Below are positions 8,050 to 16,470 of a DNA stretch of 39,858 nt, piece after piece. The stretch covers positions 1-39,858 of the forward strand of contig CAZNRG010000002.1 of the NCBI GenBank assembly GCA_964575725.1, in the 5' to 3' direction. Within the stretch, counting starts at the first letter, position 1. Each line of letters begins with the position of its first letter. The notes beneath the pieces are model-generated. The model searched no databases and was not told the DNA's origin. It saw only the letters and a program-made list of their open reading frames with translations. This DNA comes from Candidatus Hadarchaeota archaeon (GTDB lineage: Archaea; Hadarchaeota; Hadarchaeia; Hadarchaeales; Hadarchaeaceae). The position numbers were made by a program, and so were the translations under genes.

Positions 8050-9000
8050 GTGAAAATTTTGCTCCAGAGGAAAGTAACGATAACGCGTGAAGAACTTCAT
8101 AACATGTACTGGGCCCAGCGAAAATCGATGAGGCAAATAGCCAAGCTGCATGGAGTAACTCTGGGGGCTGTATTCTATCGAATGACGAAGTATGGGATTC
8201 CACTGAGAAACAAACCCAAAATAAGGTTAACACACGTGCGAAAGCCTTTTTCTGGTGACAAAAATGAAAAAGCTTACCTACTGGGGCTGAGGGCTGGAGA
8301 TATCCATGCGCGAAAACGAGCGACAAACACCATTGGTGTAAACGTGACCACGACACATCCAGCCATGTTTAAGCTTTTTACCCAAACATTTGGCAGGTAC
8401 GGCCGTGTAAAAAAGTATCCCGTTAATGCCCAATTAGGGTATGAATGGTATGTCTATTGTGACTTAGATACATCATTTGAATTTCTGATTGAAAAACCAA
8501 TGAAAGTGCCAAACGACGATAGATTTTACGCATTTTTGGCTGGATATGTGGATAGCGAAGGAACGTGGAGCTTTTCAAGACAAGTGAACAAAATAGTATT
8601 TCACTTTTGGATAAAATCACAAGACATAGACTTGCTCGATCAAATCAAGAGAAACCTCGAAAAGGATGGCTTTCACCCGAGCCATTTAAAGCTAGCCCAT
8701 AAAGGGCAGCATCAGCATGAAAATTCAGCTAATGAAAATAGAATTGAAATTGAGTATCGTAGAGATTACTGGCAACTCCGCATTTGTAGACAGAACGAAA
8801 TATTTTTACTTGCTAAGAAATTGATTCCATTCGTTCGGCATGAAGAGAAAGTAAAGAGAATGCGTTTGATGTTCAAAGCGGAAGAAAGGGAGTGGTCAAA
8901 ACATGGCGATAAAATAAAAAAACTAATTGCGCAGATAAGCGAAGAAGTTAAAAAGTGGGTTAAAGAAGCTGAAATTAAATACAAACAAAAACACGTGTAA
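8050..9000 (+). CDS. Free-standing double-motif LAGLIDADG endonuclease-like protein with N-terminal helix-turn-helix
   Basis: Two LAGLIDADG blocks lie about 96 aa apart: 'AYLLGLRAGDIHA' and 'FLAGYVDSEGTWS'. Both keep the acidic residue at the catalytic position. Each is followed by the usual beta-sheet / 'DIDLLDQIKRNLEKDGF' pattern. The N-terminal 'SMRQIAKLHGVTLGAVFYRMTKYGI' looks like an HTH. The gene is visibly more AT-rich than its neighbours. Confidence 0.7.
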   Translation: MKILLQRKVTITREELHNMYWAQRKSMRQIAKLHGVTLGAVFYRMTKYGIPLRNKPKIRLTHVRKPFSGDKNEKAYLLGLRAGDIHARKRATNTIGVNVTTTHPAMFKLFTQTFGRYGRVKKYPVNAQLGYEWYVYCDLDTSFEFLIEKPMKVPNDDRFYAFLAGYVDSEGTWSFSRQVNKIVFHFWIKSQDIDLLDQIKRNLEKDGFHPSHLKLAHKGQHQHENSANENRIEIEYRRDYWQLRICRQNEIFLLAKKLIPFVRHEEKVKRMRLMFKAEEREWSKHGDKIKKLIAQISEEVKKWVKEAEIKYKQKHV

Positions 9001-9002
9001 AA

Positions 9003-10511
9003 TCAGCTTTTCTTTAAACGTTGCCACTCTTCGATTGAAACCGAGAACTTGCGCTCAACTTTCGGACGATGAATACTATTGTAAGTACAAAATGGGATAA
9101 TTCTCCCATCCGGCAAAGCGTAGTGGATACCACATCGCTCAATTCTCCCCAAATCGAAATTATAACTATCCATGAAATGCATTGCCGCCAATAGAATCGC
9201 CCTTTCGTGGAACTCCGCCAGCGCGTCATAACTCCCAGTGCTCAGGACCTTGAGCAGGATTTTCGGGAGGTTGAGGCCCTTTGGCACCTTCGACATGTTA
9301 ATGGTGCCAGGCACGTCCTTAACCATCTTCGCTAGCACCTTGGCTTTGACCGCAAAACCTCCTTTCTTCAGCTCCGCCGCATATTTATCGAGGATCCCAA
9401 AAAGCTTCTCCGCATCCACGAACCGCGTCACCGGGATGATGTTCCCGTCTTCGACAAAAACATAAGTTGCGGCACCGCAGTGCTCGTGGCAGGTGAATTT
9501 CACGAGTTCTCTGCCTGAGTACGCGCTGATGAAGCGTGAAATCGGTACCGTGAAGGGGACGGGATAAAAATCAGAGGTCTTGATCTGCCCATCCGTCTGT
9601 TGTTCAACTGCCTTCATAAAATCAGGAATGGTTATGCGCCACCGCTTGCGTTCCTCCTGCGAAATCCTACCGGCAAATGATACTGGCTGCACGTTCACGC
9701 ATCGTACGATATCTTTGTTTTTTGCGGCGAAGCGGATGATGCCTCCTAATTCGCCGTCGTTCACCCCCTTGACAAGCGTGACCACTAACACTACACTCGT
9801 GAGGCCGGCCTTGCGGCAGTTCTCGATTGCCTTGAACTTCAGCGGGAGGATGTCCACCCCCCTTGCCTTGATCGTGGGCTCAGGGGTAACGCCGTCGAAT
9901 TGGAGATAAAGAGTACTCAACCCCGCTTTCACAAGCCGTTTCACGAAGTCCAAGTCCTCGGCGATCCTTATGCCGTTGGTGTTGACTTCAACGTGAGGGA
10001 ATCCCGCCTCTTTGGCGGCACGCACGATGTCTGGAAGGTCGTCGCGGAGGGTTGGCTCACCACCGGAAAGCTGAAGCGCTGGCGCTGGTACCGGCTTGTT
10101 TGCGCGAAGGTTACGGATCATCTCAACCACCTGCTCGAACGTGGGCTCATAGACATAGCCAGCTGCCGCGGCGTTCGCGAAGCAAATCGGACAACGCAGG
10201 TTACAGCGGTTGGTAACATCAATTATGCCCAACGTCGTGTGCGACTTGTGGTTAGGGCAGATGCCGCAATCGAGTGGGCATCCACGATCCTCCTTCGTGC
10301 GGGGGTTTTCAACGCCTCTGCCGATGTGTGCGAACCTCTGGGCCCATTTGTACAATTGCGCGTCGGACCAATAGATGTCCTGGAATTTACCGTGCTCAGG
10401 GCACTCCTTTTTGATTAGCGCCTTGCCGTCCTCCTCGACGACATCCGCCTCGATGACTTTCATGCACTCGGGGCAGAGACTTTTGGTCTTTTTAAGCAAT
10501 TTTCCGCTCAT
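9003..10511 (-). CDS. Radical SAM protein of the Tes / GDGT-MAS (tetraether lipid synthase, MJ0619-like) family
   Basis: 502 aa. The N-terminal zinc/iron ribbon is 'CPECMKV...CPEHG', followed by the extra cluster motif 'CPLDCGICPNHKSH' and the radical SAM triad 'CNLRCPIC'. Further C-terminal Cys residues occur in 'CHEHCG' and 'CGIHY...FCTYN'. The assignment rests on family architecture recalled from memory, not on a search. Confidence 0.6.
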   Translation of the reverse strand: MSGKLLKKTKSLCPECMKVIEADVVEEDGKALIKKECPEHGKFQDIYWSDAQLYKWAQRFAHIGRGVENPRTKEDRGCPLDCGICPNHKSHTTLGIIDVTNRCNLRCPICFANAAAAGYVYEPTFEQVVEMIRNLRANKPVPAPALQLSGGEPTLRDDLPDIVRAAKEAGFPHVEVNTNGIRIAEDLDFVKRLVKAGLSTLYLQFDGVTPEPTIKARGVDILPLKFKAIENCRKAGLTSVVLVVTLVKGVNDGELGGIIRFAAKNKDIVRCVNVQPVSFAGRISQEERKRWRITIPDFMKAVEQQTDGQIKTSDFYPVPFTVPISRFISAYSGRELVKFTCHEHCGAATYVFVEDGNIIPVTRFVDAEKLFGILDKYAAELKKGGFAVKAKVLAKMVKDVPGTINMSKVPKGLNLPKILLKVLSTGSYDALAEFHERAILLAAMHFMDSYNFDLGRIERCGIHYALPDGRIIPFCTYNSIHRPKVERKFSVSIEEWQRLKKS

Positions 10512-10601
10512 TCAATCATTCACCATTAAAAAGGGGAATATTTAAAACATCGGTATAAATCTTAGCGGTGCCCAAACCCCTGTGGAAGGAGCAGTGAAAA
10601 G

Positions 10602-11111
10602 TTGTGTAAAGAAGTCCTGGAATTGATCGCGTTAGCGCTCTGGTTCATCCTGCCCGCCTACGTGGCGAACGCAGCGCCGGTGGTGCTGGGTGGGGGCAGG
10701 GCAATCGATGGCGGTAAAAAACTTGGTGACGGTCGCCGGATCTTCGGGGCTGGTAAAACGTGGCGTGGGTTCGCCGCAGGCCTCATAGCGGGAATCGCGG
10801 TTGGGTTAGTTCAGGGTCTTATCGATGGGGGGGTCCCGCACTATCTTTTGCTCGGTTTTCTGCTCGCTTTAGGCGCTTTGCTCGGTGACTTGCTTGGAAG
10901 CTTCGTCAAGCGCAGGGTCGGAATCAAACGTGGTGGTGCTGCGCCTGGGTTGGATCAGCTCGGCTTTGTCGTCTTCGCCCTGCTCTTCGCGAGCCCCCTG
11001 ATGCTGCCGGGCTGGGAGGTTATCTTGACCATCCTCATCATCACACCTCCCATCCACCTCGCCACGAATTTTGGCGGCTACAAGCTCGGTTTGAAAGGCA
11101 AGCCCTACTAG
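10602..11111 (+). CDS. carS: CDP-archaeol synthase (CDP-2,3-bis-O-geranylgeranyl-sn-glycerol synthase)
   Basis: 'LPAYVANAAPVVLGGGRAIDGGKKLGDGRRIFGAGKTWRGF' is the DUF46/CarS signature. It is a 169-aa membrane protein. Confidence 0.85.
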   Translation: MCKEVLELIALALWFILPAYVANAAPVVLGGGRAIDGGKKLGDGRRIFGAGKTWRGFAAGLIAGIAVGLVQGLIDGGVPHYLLLGFLLALGALLGDLLGSFVKRRVGIKRGGAAPGLDQLGFVVFALLFASPLMLPGWEVILTILIITPPIHLATNFGGYKLGLKGKPY

Positions 11112-11122
11112 CAGGTGAAATT

Positions 11123-12067
11123 GTGGGGGGGAAATACGATGTCTTCGGAATCGGAACGGCGCTCGTTGACTACTTTGCCAAATCCACTGATGAATTCCTG
11201 GGGAAAAATGGCTTAATAAAAAGCGCCACAAATTTCCTTCCCCCAAAGAGGCTTGATGAGCTGCACTCTGGGCTTTCCGGCTTGGTTTTCAAATGCATTC
11301 CGGGCGACAACGCCCGCAACGTTTGTGAGGGGGTCTCCTTCCTCGGGGGTAAATCCGCCTACGCGAGCTGCATAGCGGAGGACGTGGAGGGTAAAATCTT
11401 TGAGGAAAGCCTGCGGGCCCAAGGGATAGATTCTTTTCTCGAAAAAAAGCCAGGTCGCACAGGGAAGCTCATCTGCCTGATAACGCGCGACCGTCAACGC
11501 ACCTTCGCGGTTGAGCTGGGGGGCAGCAAAGACTACGATGCGCTTCCTGCCGAGGGGATTAAAAACTCGAATTTCCTTTACCTCACTTCAATAACTCTAC
11601 TCGAGACGGGGGCGATAGCAAGGAACGCGCGCGACGCGATGGATCTGGCCCAGGAGAATGGCGTGCGAATCTCAATCTCACTCGAGAGCCCGCCGATGAT
11701 AAATGAAAACAAAAGCAAATTGCGGAAAATCATTCCGCGGGCAGACGTGCTATTCGCAAACGAGGAAGAACTAGAAGCACTTGTCGGCTCAACCCAGGAT
11801 GACGTGGCGTGTGCACTCGCAGAAGATATCAACACGGTCTGTCTGAAGAAGGGGGAAAAAGGTTCAGTCATTTTTTCGTGCGGCGAGCGATTTCCAATTC
11901 CGTGCTATTCCATAAAAGTAGTGGATACCACGGGGGCAGGAGACTTCTACGCGGCCGGTGTTCTGTTCAGCTTAAGCAGAGGGCAATCGGCTGGAGCGGC
12001 TGGTAATTTGGGTGCAAAACTCGCGGCAAAAACTGTCGAGACTTTTGGCGCAACCCTGAACCGGTAA
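11123..12067 (+). CDS. PfkB-family kinase, nucleoside-kinase-like
   Basis: It has the N-terminal 'YDVFGIGTALVDY' and the C-terminal 'DTTGAGDFYAAGVLFSL' (PfkB signature 2). It lies directly upstream of a BMP-type nucleoside transporter. Confidence 0.8.
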   Translation: MGGKYDVFGIGTALVDYFAKSTDEFLGKNGLIKSATNFLPPKRLDELHSGLSGLVFKCIPGDNARNVCEGVSFLGGKSAYASCIAEDVEGKIFEESLRAQGIDSFLEKKPGRTGKLICLITRDRQRTFAVELGGSKDYDALPAEGIKNSNFLYLTSITLLETGAIARNARDAMDLAQENGVRISISLESPPMINENKSKLRKIIPRADVLFANEEELEALVGSTQDDVACALAEDINTVCLKKGEKGSVIFSCGERFPIPCYSIKVVDTTGAGDFYAAGVLFSLSRGQSAGAAGNLGAKLAAKTVETFGATLNR

Positions 12068-12439
12068 ACCACTTCAAAACTTCGCTTGGAATTATAAGGT
12101 GTTTTATACCAAGATCAATTCGTTCATTAATAAATCCGGGTTGGATCCTCGAGAGGCGCGCGATTTGCTAACGCTTTCGGAGCCCTTTCGACTCCGAAGA
12201 TCAGAGCCCAATCGGTTTTATCCAACAGGTGAAAAATCAAAAGATTTGTAAAAAGTCGTTTAATTTTCCTTCCATCAATTTTCCAAACTCAATACGAGTA
12301 ATAAAAAGCGGCCGATCCTGCTACTCTCTTATGCACGGCTTGCCGAGTGCCTGGAGAAACCCCCTAGTCGCCTCTCCATCGATGATGGATTACCGTACAA
12401 AAACTAACACCTTAATTAACAGCCTCCACAACCGAAATG

Positions 12440-12451
12440 TTAAAGCTTTAA
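12440..12451 (+). promoter_or_regulatory. Perfect 12-bp palindrome TTAAAGCTTTAA (BRE/TATA-like), candidate promoter of the ABC transporter operon
   Basis: It lies 33-44 nt upstream of ATG 12484. GGAGGT is found at 12474-12479, 4 nt upstream of the ATG. Confidence 0.4.
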
Positions 12452-12483
12452 AGACATAAAACAAGTCATTAACGGAGGTAAAT

Positions 12484-14124
12484 ATGGGAAAAATGGATTA
12501 TCGAGGAATAGCTAAACCAACCGTGGCTATAGTAATCGTCGTAGTCATTGCCGTGGCAGCATTTGGTACATGGTATGTTACACGACCAGGTCCGATAGCG
12601 GAACCAGTCGAGGTTACAGGTTTAGAAGTGAAAGCCCAATGGTACGAAGACGACCCTGGTGCGAGAGCAGGTTGGAGCCCTTGGGCGGTCAATCCTGGCG
12701 AGGACGCTAGCATATACGTCGAAGTTACAAACAATACCGACACAGATCAAACCTATTCGCTGAATCTGAAAGTCGCGGGCGTAGTGTATGAGAACCGCAC
12801 ACTTGAACTGACCCCCAAAGAGAAGAAAACTGAGAAATTCACTTACACAACGCAGACGGGCGTTGATTGGAAATATATTATTGACGCTGCGGGTGTGCGA
12901 GGCAACATTATATCGGGTAATCCTCCGGTCATCGTTGTAGTTTCAGACATCGGTGGGAGGGGGGATCTGTCATTTAACGACATGGCCTTCAAAGGAGGGG
13001 AGGAAGCAGAGGAGAGATACGGTTACCACATGATTGAGCTAATAAGCACTACAGAGGCGGACTACCTTCCGAACCTAAGGGCAGCTGCAACCCATGAGCG
13101 CGCCAATCTCATCGTGGGGGTTGGATACTTACTAAGTGAGGCCCTCGCGACGGTGGCAGAAGAATTCCCAAATAAGAACTTCGCTGGCATCGACACTTAC
13201 AGCCGGTTTGTTATACCTTCGCCCAACATGTTGGACATTGTGTATGAGGAGCACAAGGGATCTGCCCTAGTGGGAGCACTTGGCGCTTTATTGGCAGCAG
13301 AGTACGGGAAACCGCACATCGGGGGAGTCTTTGGAATCGAAATCCCCGTCCTATGGAAGTTCGAGATAGGTTACAAGTGGGGCGCTAAGTGGGCACTTGA
13401 AGAGTGGTTGCCCGCAAATAAGCCCGAAAAGAAGATCGACTACACCAAGGAATTCGTTCTCTGGGACTACACTGGAACTTTCTCCGACGTCGCCAAGGGG
13501 TATGAGTTTGCAAAGCCGATGTACGAGAAGGACGCTGTGACCGTCTTTAACATAGCTGGGCCTCTAGGACTCGGAATAAACCGGGCAGTAAAGGAGGTTG
13601 CTGAGGTTAAAGGCTTGGGGAGTGGGCCACCCTTCTGGACTGGCGTCGACGCTAACCAAGACTGGATAAACCCGGGATTTGTCATAGCCAGTATGATAAA
13701 AAGGGTCGACTATGGTGTCACTTATGCTGCTGCTCTGGTCAGAGAAAACAAGTTCAGAGAGGCTGTGGAAGACACGGGCGGAGCGATTACGCTAGGGATC
13801 GGTACAGAAGTGCTAGGAGAACCGATAGAAGGGATATCCGTAAGCACCCTCGCAGATCTTGATGAGTTCATCGATATGGGTGTGAGGGCAGAGCAAGTGC
13901 TTGGAAAGAAAGTGCTTCCAATGCCAAAAGACGAAATAAAAGAGCGCGTTGAGACGATGAGAGAGGCTCAGGAAAGCTGGATCTGGGAAGCGATAGCGGA
14001 GCTTGAACAAAAAATACGCACGGGCGAGCCAATCGCGGACTTGGACGGAGATGGCACACCAGAAACAGTTCCACTGGCTGAAACACAAGAACCAGTCAAC
14101 TACTGGCGGGGTATTCTCGGTTAA
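12484..14124 (+). CDS. BMP-family ABC transporter substrate-binding protein with N-terminal TM anchor and an inserted CARDB-like Ig domain
   Basis: The BMP block is 'VVVSDIGGRGDLSFNDMAFKGGEEA'. The N-terminal anchor is 'VAIVIVVVIAVAAFGTWYV'. Residues ~45-150, 'ASIYVEVTNNTDTDQTYSLNLKVAGVVYENRTLELTPKEKKTEKFTY', look CARDB-like. Confidence 0.85.
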   Translation: MGKMDYRGIAKPTVAIVIVVVIAVAAFGTWYVTRPGPIAEPVEVTGLEVKAQWYEDDPGARAGWSPWAVNPGEDASIYVEVTNNTDTDQTYSLNLKVAGVVYENRTLELTPKEKKTEKFTYTTQTGVDWKYIIDAAGVRGNIISGNPPVIVVVSDIGGRGDLSFNDMAFKGGEEAEERYGYHMIELISTTEADYLPNLRAAATHERANLIVGVGYLLSEALATVAEEFPNKNFAGIDTYSRFVIPSPNMLDIVYEEHKGSALVGALGALLAAEYGKPHIGGVFGIEIPVLWKFEIGYKWGAKWALEEWLPANKPEKKIDYTKEFVLWDYTGTFSDVAKGYEFAKPMYEKDAVTVFNIAGPLGLGINRAVKEVAEVKGLGSGPPFWTGVDANQDWINPGFVIASMIKRVDYGVTYAAALVRENKFREAVEDTGGAITLGIGTEVLGEPIEGISVSTLADLDEFIDMGVRAEQVLGKKVLPMPKDEIKERVETMREAQESWIWEAIAELEQKIRTGEPIADLDGDGTPETVPLAETQEPVNYWRGILG

Positions 14125-14125
14125 A

Positions 14126-14159
14126 TTTTTTATTTTTTCTTTTTTCTTTTTTTCCTTTC
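14126..14159 (+). terminator. Long oligo-T tract (archaeal intrinsic terminator/attenuator) after the binding-protein gene
   Basis: TTTTTTATTTTTTCTTTTTTCTTTTTTTCCTTTC starts 2 nt after the TAA stop. It lies between the binding-protein gene and the permease genes. Confidence 0.55.
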
Positions 14160-14219
14160 ATTTATTTATCCTATTAGAATGCTAATACAATGTGGGGGTG
14201 ATTTGAGATCCCCAGACTA

Positions 14220-15323
14220 TTGAACCCGAAAGAAAAAAGACCCCAGAAGATAGTGCGGGCTTTGAGAAGGCTTGTTAAGCCTATTGCGGAATCGCTCTTC
14301 GCCATACTTATCGGGTTACTAATCGGGGCTTTGCTCATGTGGTTGTATGGCTACGATGTGGGGGCGGCGTATTACTGGCTATTCAAAGGTGCGTTCGGAA
14401 GTATAAACAGCATGTTGGAGTCGCTGTCATACGCGATACCACTGATGCTGACCGCAATAACCTTCTTGGTGGGTTGGAAATCTGGACTTTTCAACATCGG
14501 TGCTGAAGGGCAGCTTTATATGGGGGCCATTGGGGCGGCTTGGATAGGCGGCACCATAGCTCTTCCTGCTGGTGTGCATGTAGCTGCTGCTACGGTGGTC
14601 GGGATGCTTTTCGGTGTCCTTTGGGCCCTTCCGGTGATTATTTTAAAATTGAGGGGGGCCCATGAAGTTGTGACGACCATCATGTTAAACTGGGTGGCTT
14701 ACGCTTTGGTGGGGTATCTAGTCATTTATCATTTGGCGATGCCCGGCGCGCCTTTCAGGACCGTCGAGGCGATGGAAAGCGCTCGTTACCCATTTTTAGC
14801 AGCGGGGACGACCCTAACTGCCGCGATATTTGTAGCCTTGGCTTTTTGCATAGCAATTTATTTACTTTTGTGGCGCACGAAACTTGGTTATGAGCTTAGA
14901 TTGGCGGGCGACAATCCAGAAGCCGCAAAGTACGCGGGAATAAGTGTACGACGTGTAATATTTTTTAATTTGATTATTGGGGGTTTGGCCGCAGGATTGG
15001 CGGGGGCCACTCAAGTTCTGGGAAGGCCCCCTATTTGGGGAGTATATGAAACTATGGGCAATCTTTACATGCTAGGGTTTACAGGGATTGGAGTCGCCCT
15101 AATAGGAAGAAATCATCCTATTGGGGCTATCTTTGCAGCTATTTTTTACGGTGGATTATTGCACGGGGGTACGGATATGCAATTATATGCAGGGGTCATG
15201 GCTGAAATAGTGATGGCCATCCAAGGCATCATTGTTTTCGCCCTGGCCGTGCCAGAACTCTTACCTCTCATCAGAAAAAAATTGGTAAAGTTTGGCAAAG
15301 TTGTTAAAAGAAAAGGAAGGTAA
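14220..15323 (+). CDS. ABC transporter permease (BMP/simple-sugar type, BPD_transp_2)
   Basis: 367-aa polytopic ORF with 'FNIGAEGQLYMGAIGA' typical of this permease family. The TTG start at 14220 is uncertain. Confidence 0.85.
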   Translation: MNPKEKRPQKIVRALRRLVKPIAESLFAILIGLLIGALLMWLYGYDVGAAYYWLFKGAFGSINSMLESLSYAIPLMLTAITFLVGWKSGLFNIGAEGQLYMGAIGAAWIGGTIALPAGVHVAAATVVGMLFGVLWALPVIILKLRGAHEVVTTIMLNWVAYALVGYLVIYHLAMPGAPFRTVEAMESARYPFLAAGTTLTAAIFVALAFCIAIYLLLWRTKLGYELRLAGDNPEAAKYAGISVRRVIFFNLIIGGLAAGLAGATQVLGRPPIWGVYETMGNLYMLGFTGIGVALIGRNHPIGAIFAAIFYGGLLHGGTDMQLYAGVMAEIVMAIQGIIVFALAVPELLPLIRKKLVKFGKVVKRKGR

Positions 15324-15331
15324 AAAAGAAA

Positions 15332-16357
15332 ATGATCAAATATCTCAAACTTCTTGCAAAAACGCTGCGGAAAAAATCTGTCGGCTATTCCGTCGTTTTT
15401 GCTGTCCTCGTAATATTTATTGTTCTTATAAAATACAGCTTGGACTTACATTGGTCTCAAGTAGGTGCACTCATCGGTACAGCACTAACCGCAATGACAC
15501 CGTTGGTCTTTGCAGCTGTTGGGGAGTGCATAAATGAAAGGGCTGGTACTATAAATATAGGACTCGAGGGAATCTTTCTATTCACGGCCTTCTTGGGGGT
15601 TTACGGAGCAGAGCTCTTTGGGGGTTGGTTAGGCGGACTCTTGTTTGCAACATTGATTGGTGCTTTTATAGGTCTCATCTTTGGACTGATTAGCGTTTAC
15701 CTGAGAGCCGATCAGATTATAGCTGGAATGGCCCTTAACATATTTGCCGTGGGGATGATCGCTTTTCTCATGATGGCCATCTGGGGCCAAGCGGGACAGT
15801 ATACGCCGCTTGCGAAGGAAACCTTCATGCCCATGGTGGGTACCCCATTCGGATCTCTGAGCCTTTTAACCTTTGTGGCGGTGGCGATAGCTGTTCTAGC
15901 TCATGTCATTCTGCATAGAACTTTGTTGGGGGTCAAAATAAAAGCGGCAGGGGAGAAACCAGAGTCCGCTGATGTTGCCGGTGTTCAAGTCGGTCATATT
16001 AGGATTCTTGCTTGTGTCATCGGGGCGTCGTTATGCGCTATGGGTGGAGCGTTCATGTCGCTGAGCTGGATTCATGCTGTAACAAACGAGATGATCGCCG
16101 GATACGGGTTCATCGCCCTTGCCTGCGTGGTATTTGCGGGCTTAGAACCACTACTTGTTCTCATTCCCGCTTTCCTCTTCGGCCTCGGCAGGGCCCTCGC
16201 TCCCTGGGCGGGAATAACACCAGCAGTTAAGGCTATCTTCCCTGGAATAACTTACTTCTTACGCATGCTTCCATTCATTCTCGTCCTAATTGCTTTAATC
16301 ATTGTTGGGAAGAAGTTATTCCCGAGGGCTCTTGGCAAGCCTTATGTAAGGGAATAA
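15332..16357 (+). CDS. ABC transporter permease (second subunit)
   Basis: 341-aa polytopic ORF with 'INIGLEGIFLFTAFLG'. It starts 8 nt after the previous permease. Confidence 0.85.
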   Translation: MIKYLKLLAKTLRKKSVGYSVVFAVLVIFIVLIKYSLDLHWSQVGALIGTALTAMTPLVFAAVGECINERAGTINIGLEGIFLFTAFLGVYGAELFGGWLGGLLFATLIGAFIGLIFGLISVYLRADQIIAGMALNIFAVGMIAFLMMAIWGQAGQYTPLAKETFMPMVGTPFGSLSLLTFVAVAIAVLAHVILHRTLLGVKIKAAGEKPESADVAGVQVGHIRILACVIGASLCAMGGAFMSLSWIHAVTNEMIAGYGFIALACVVFAGLEPLLVLIPAFLFGLGRALAPWAGITPAVKAIFPGITYFLRMLPFILVLIALIIVGKKLFPRALGKPYVRE

Positions 16358-16435
16358 TTTTACTCCACTAAAGTTTTACTCTCGCAGTAATTTTCATTCG
16401 TGAAGAATTTAGCTGTTATTCAAAAGTTACCGGGA

Positions 16436-16441
16436 TTTTTT
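16436..16441 (+). terminator. T6 tract downstream of the permease genes
   Basis: GGGATTTTTTC lies 79 nt after the stop at 16357, in the convergent gap. Confidence 0.3.
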
Positions 16442-16470
16442 CTGAAGTTAAGCAAAACGAGATGGGCCTA

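Noticed and set aside
12143-12162. GGATCC-CTCGAG overlap followed by GCGCGC, which looks like a cloning polylinker
   Set aside because: It spans only ~20 nt and has no vector-like flanks. The surrounding sequence is continuous with native-looking intergenic DNA. It is noted as a palindrome cluster only.
12381-12388. GATGATGG resembling a C box of a C/D sRNA
   Set aside because: It is not an exact RUGAUGA. There is no CUGA D box or terminal stem at the right distance.
12229-12459. 76-aa ORF inside the long spacer
   Set aside because: It has no SD or TATA at a sensible distance and no motif. It runs through the predicted promoter of the transporter gene.
14068-14077. GTTCCACTGG resembling the core of an archaeal ORB element
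   Set aside because: It is a single copy inside the binding-protein coding sequence. It has no G-string, no inverted partner and no AT-rich DUE nearby.
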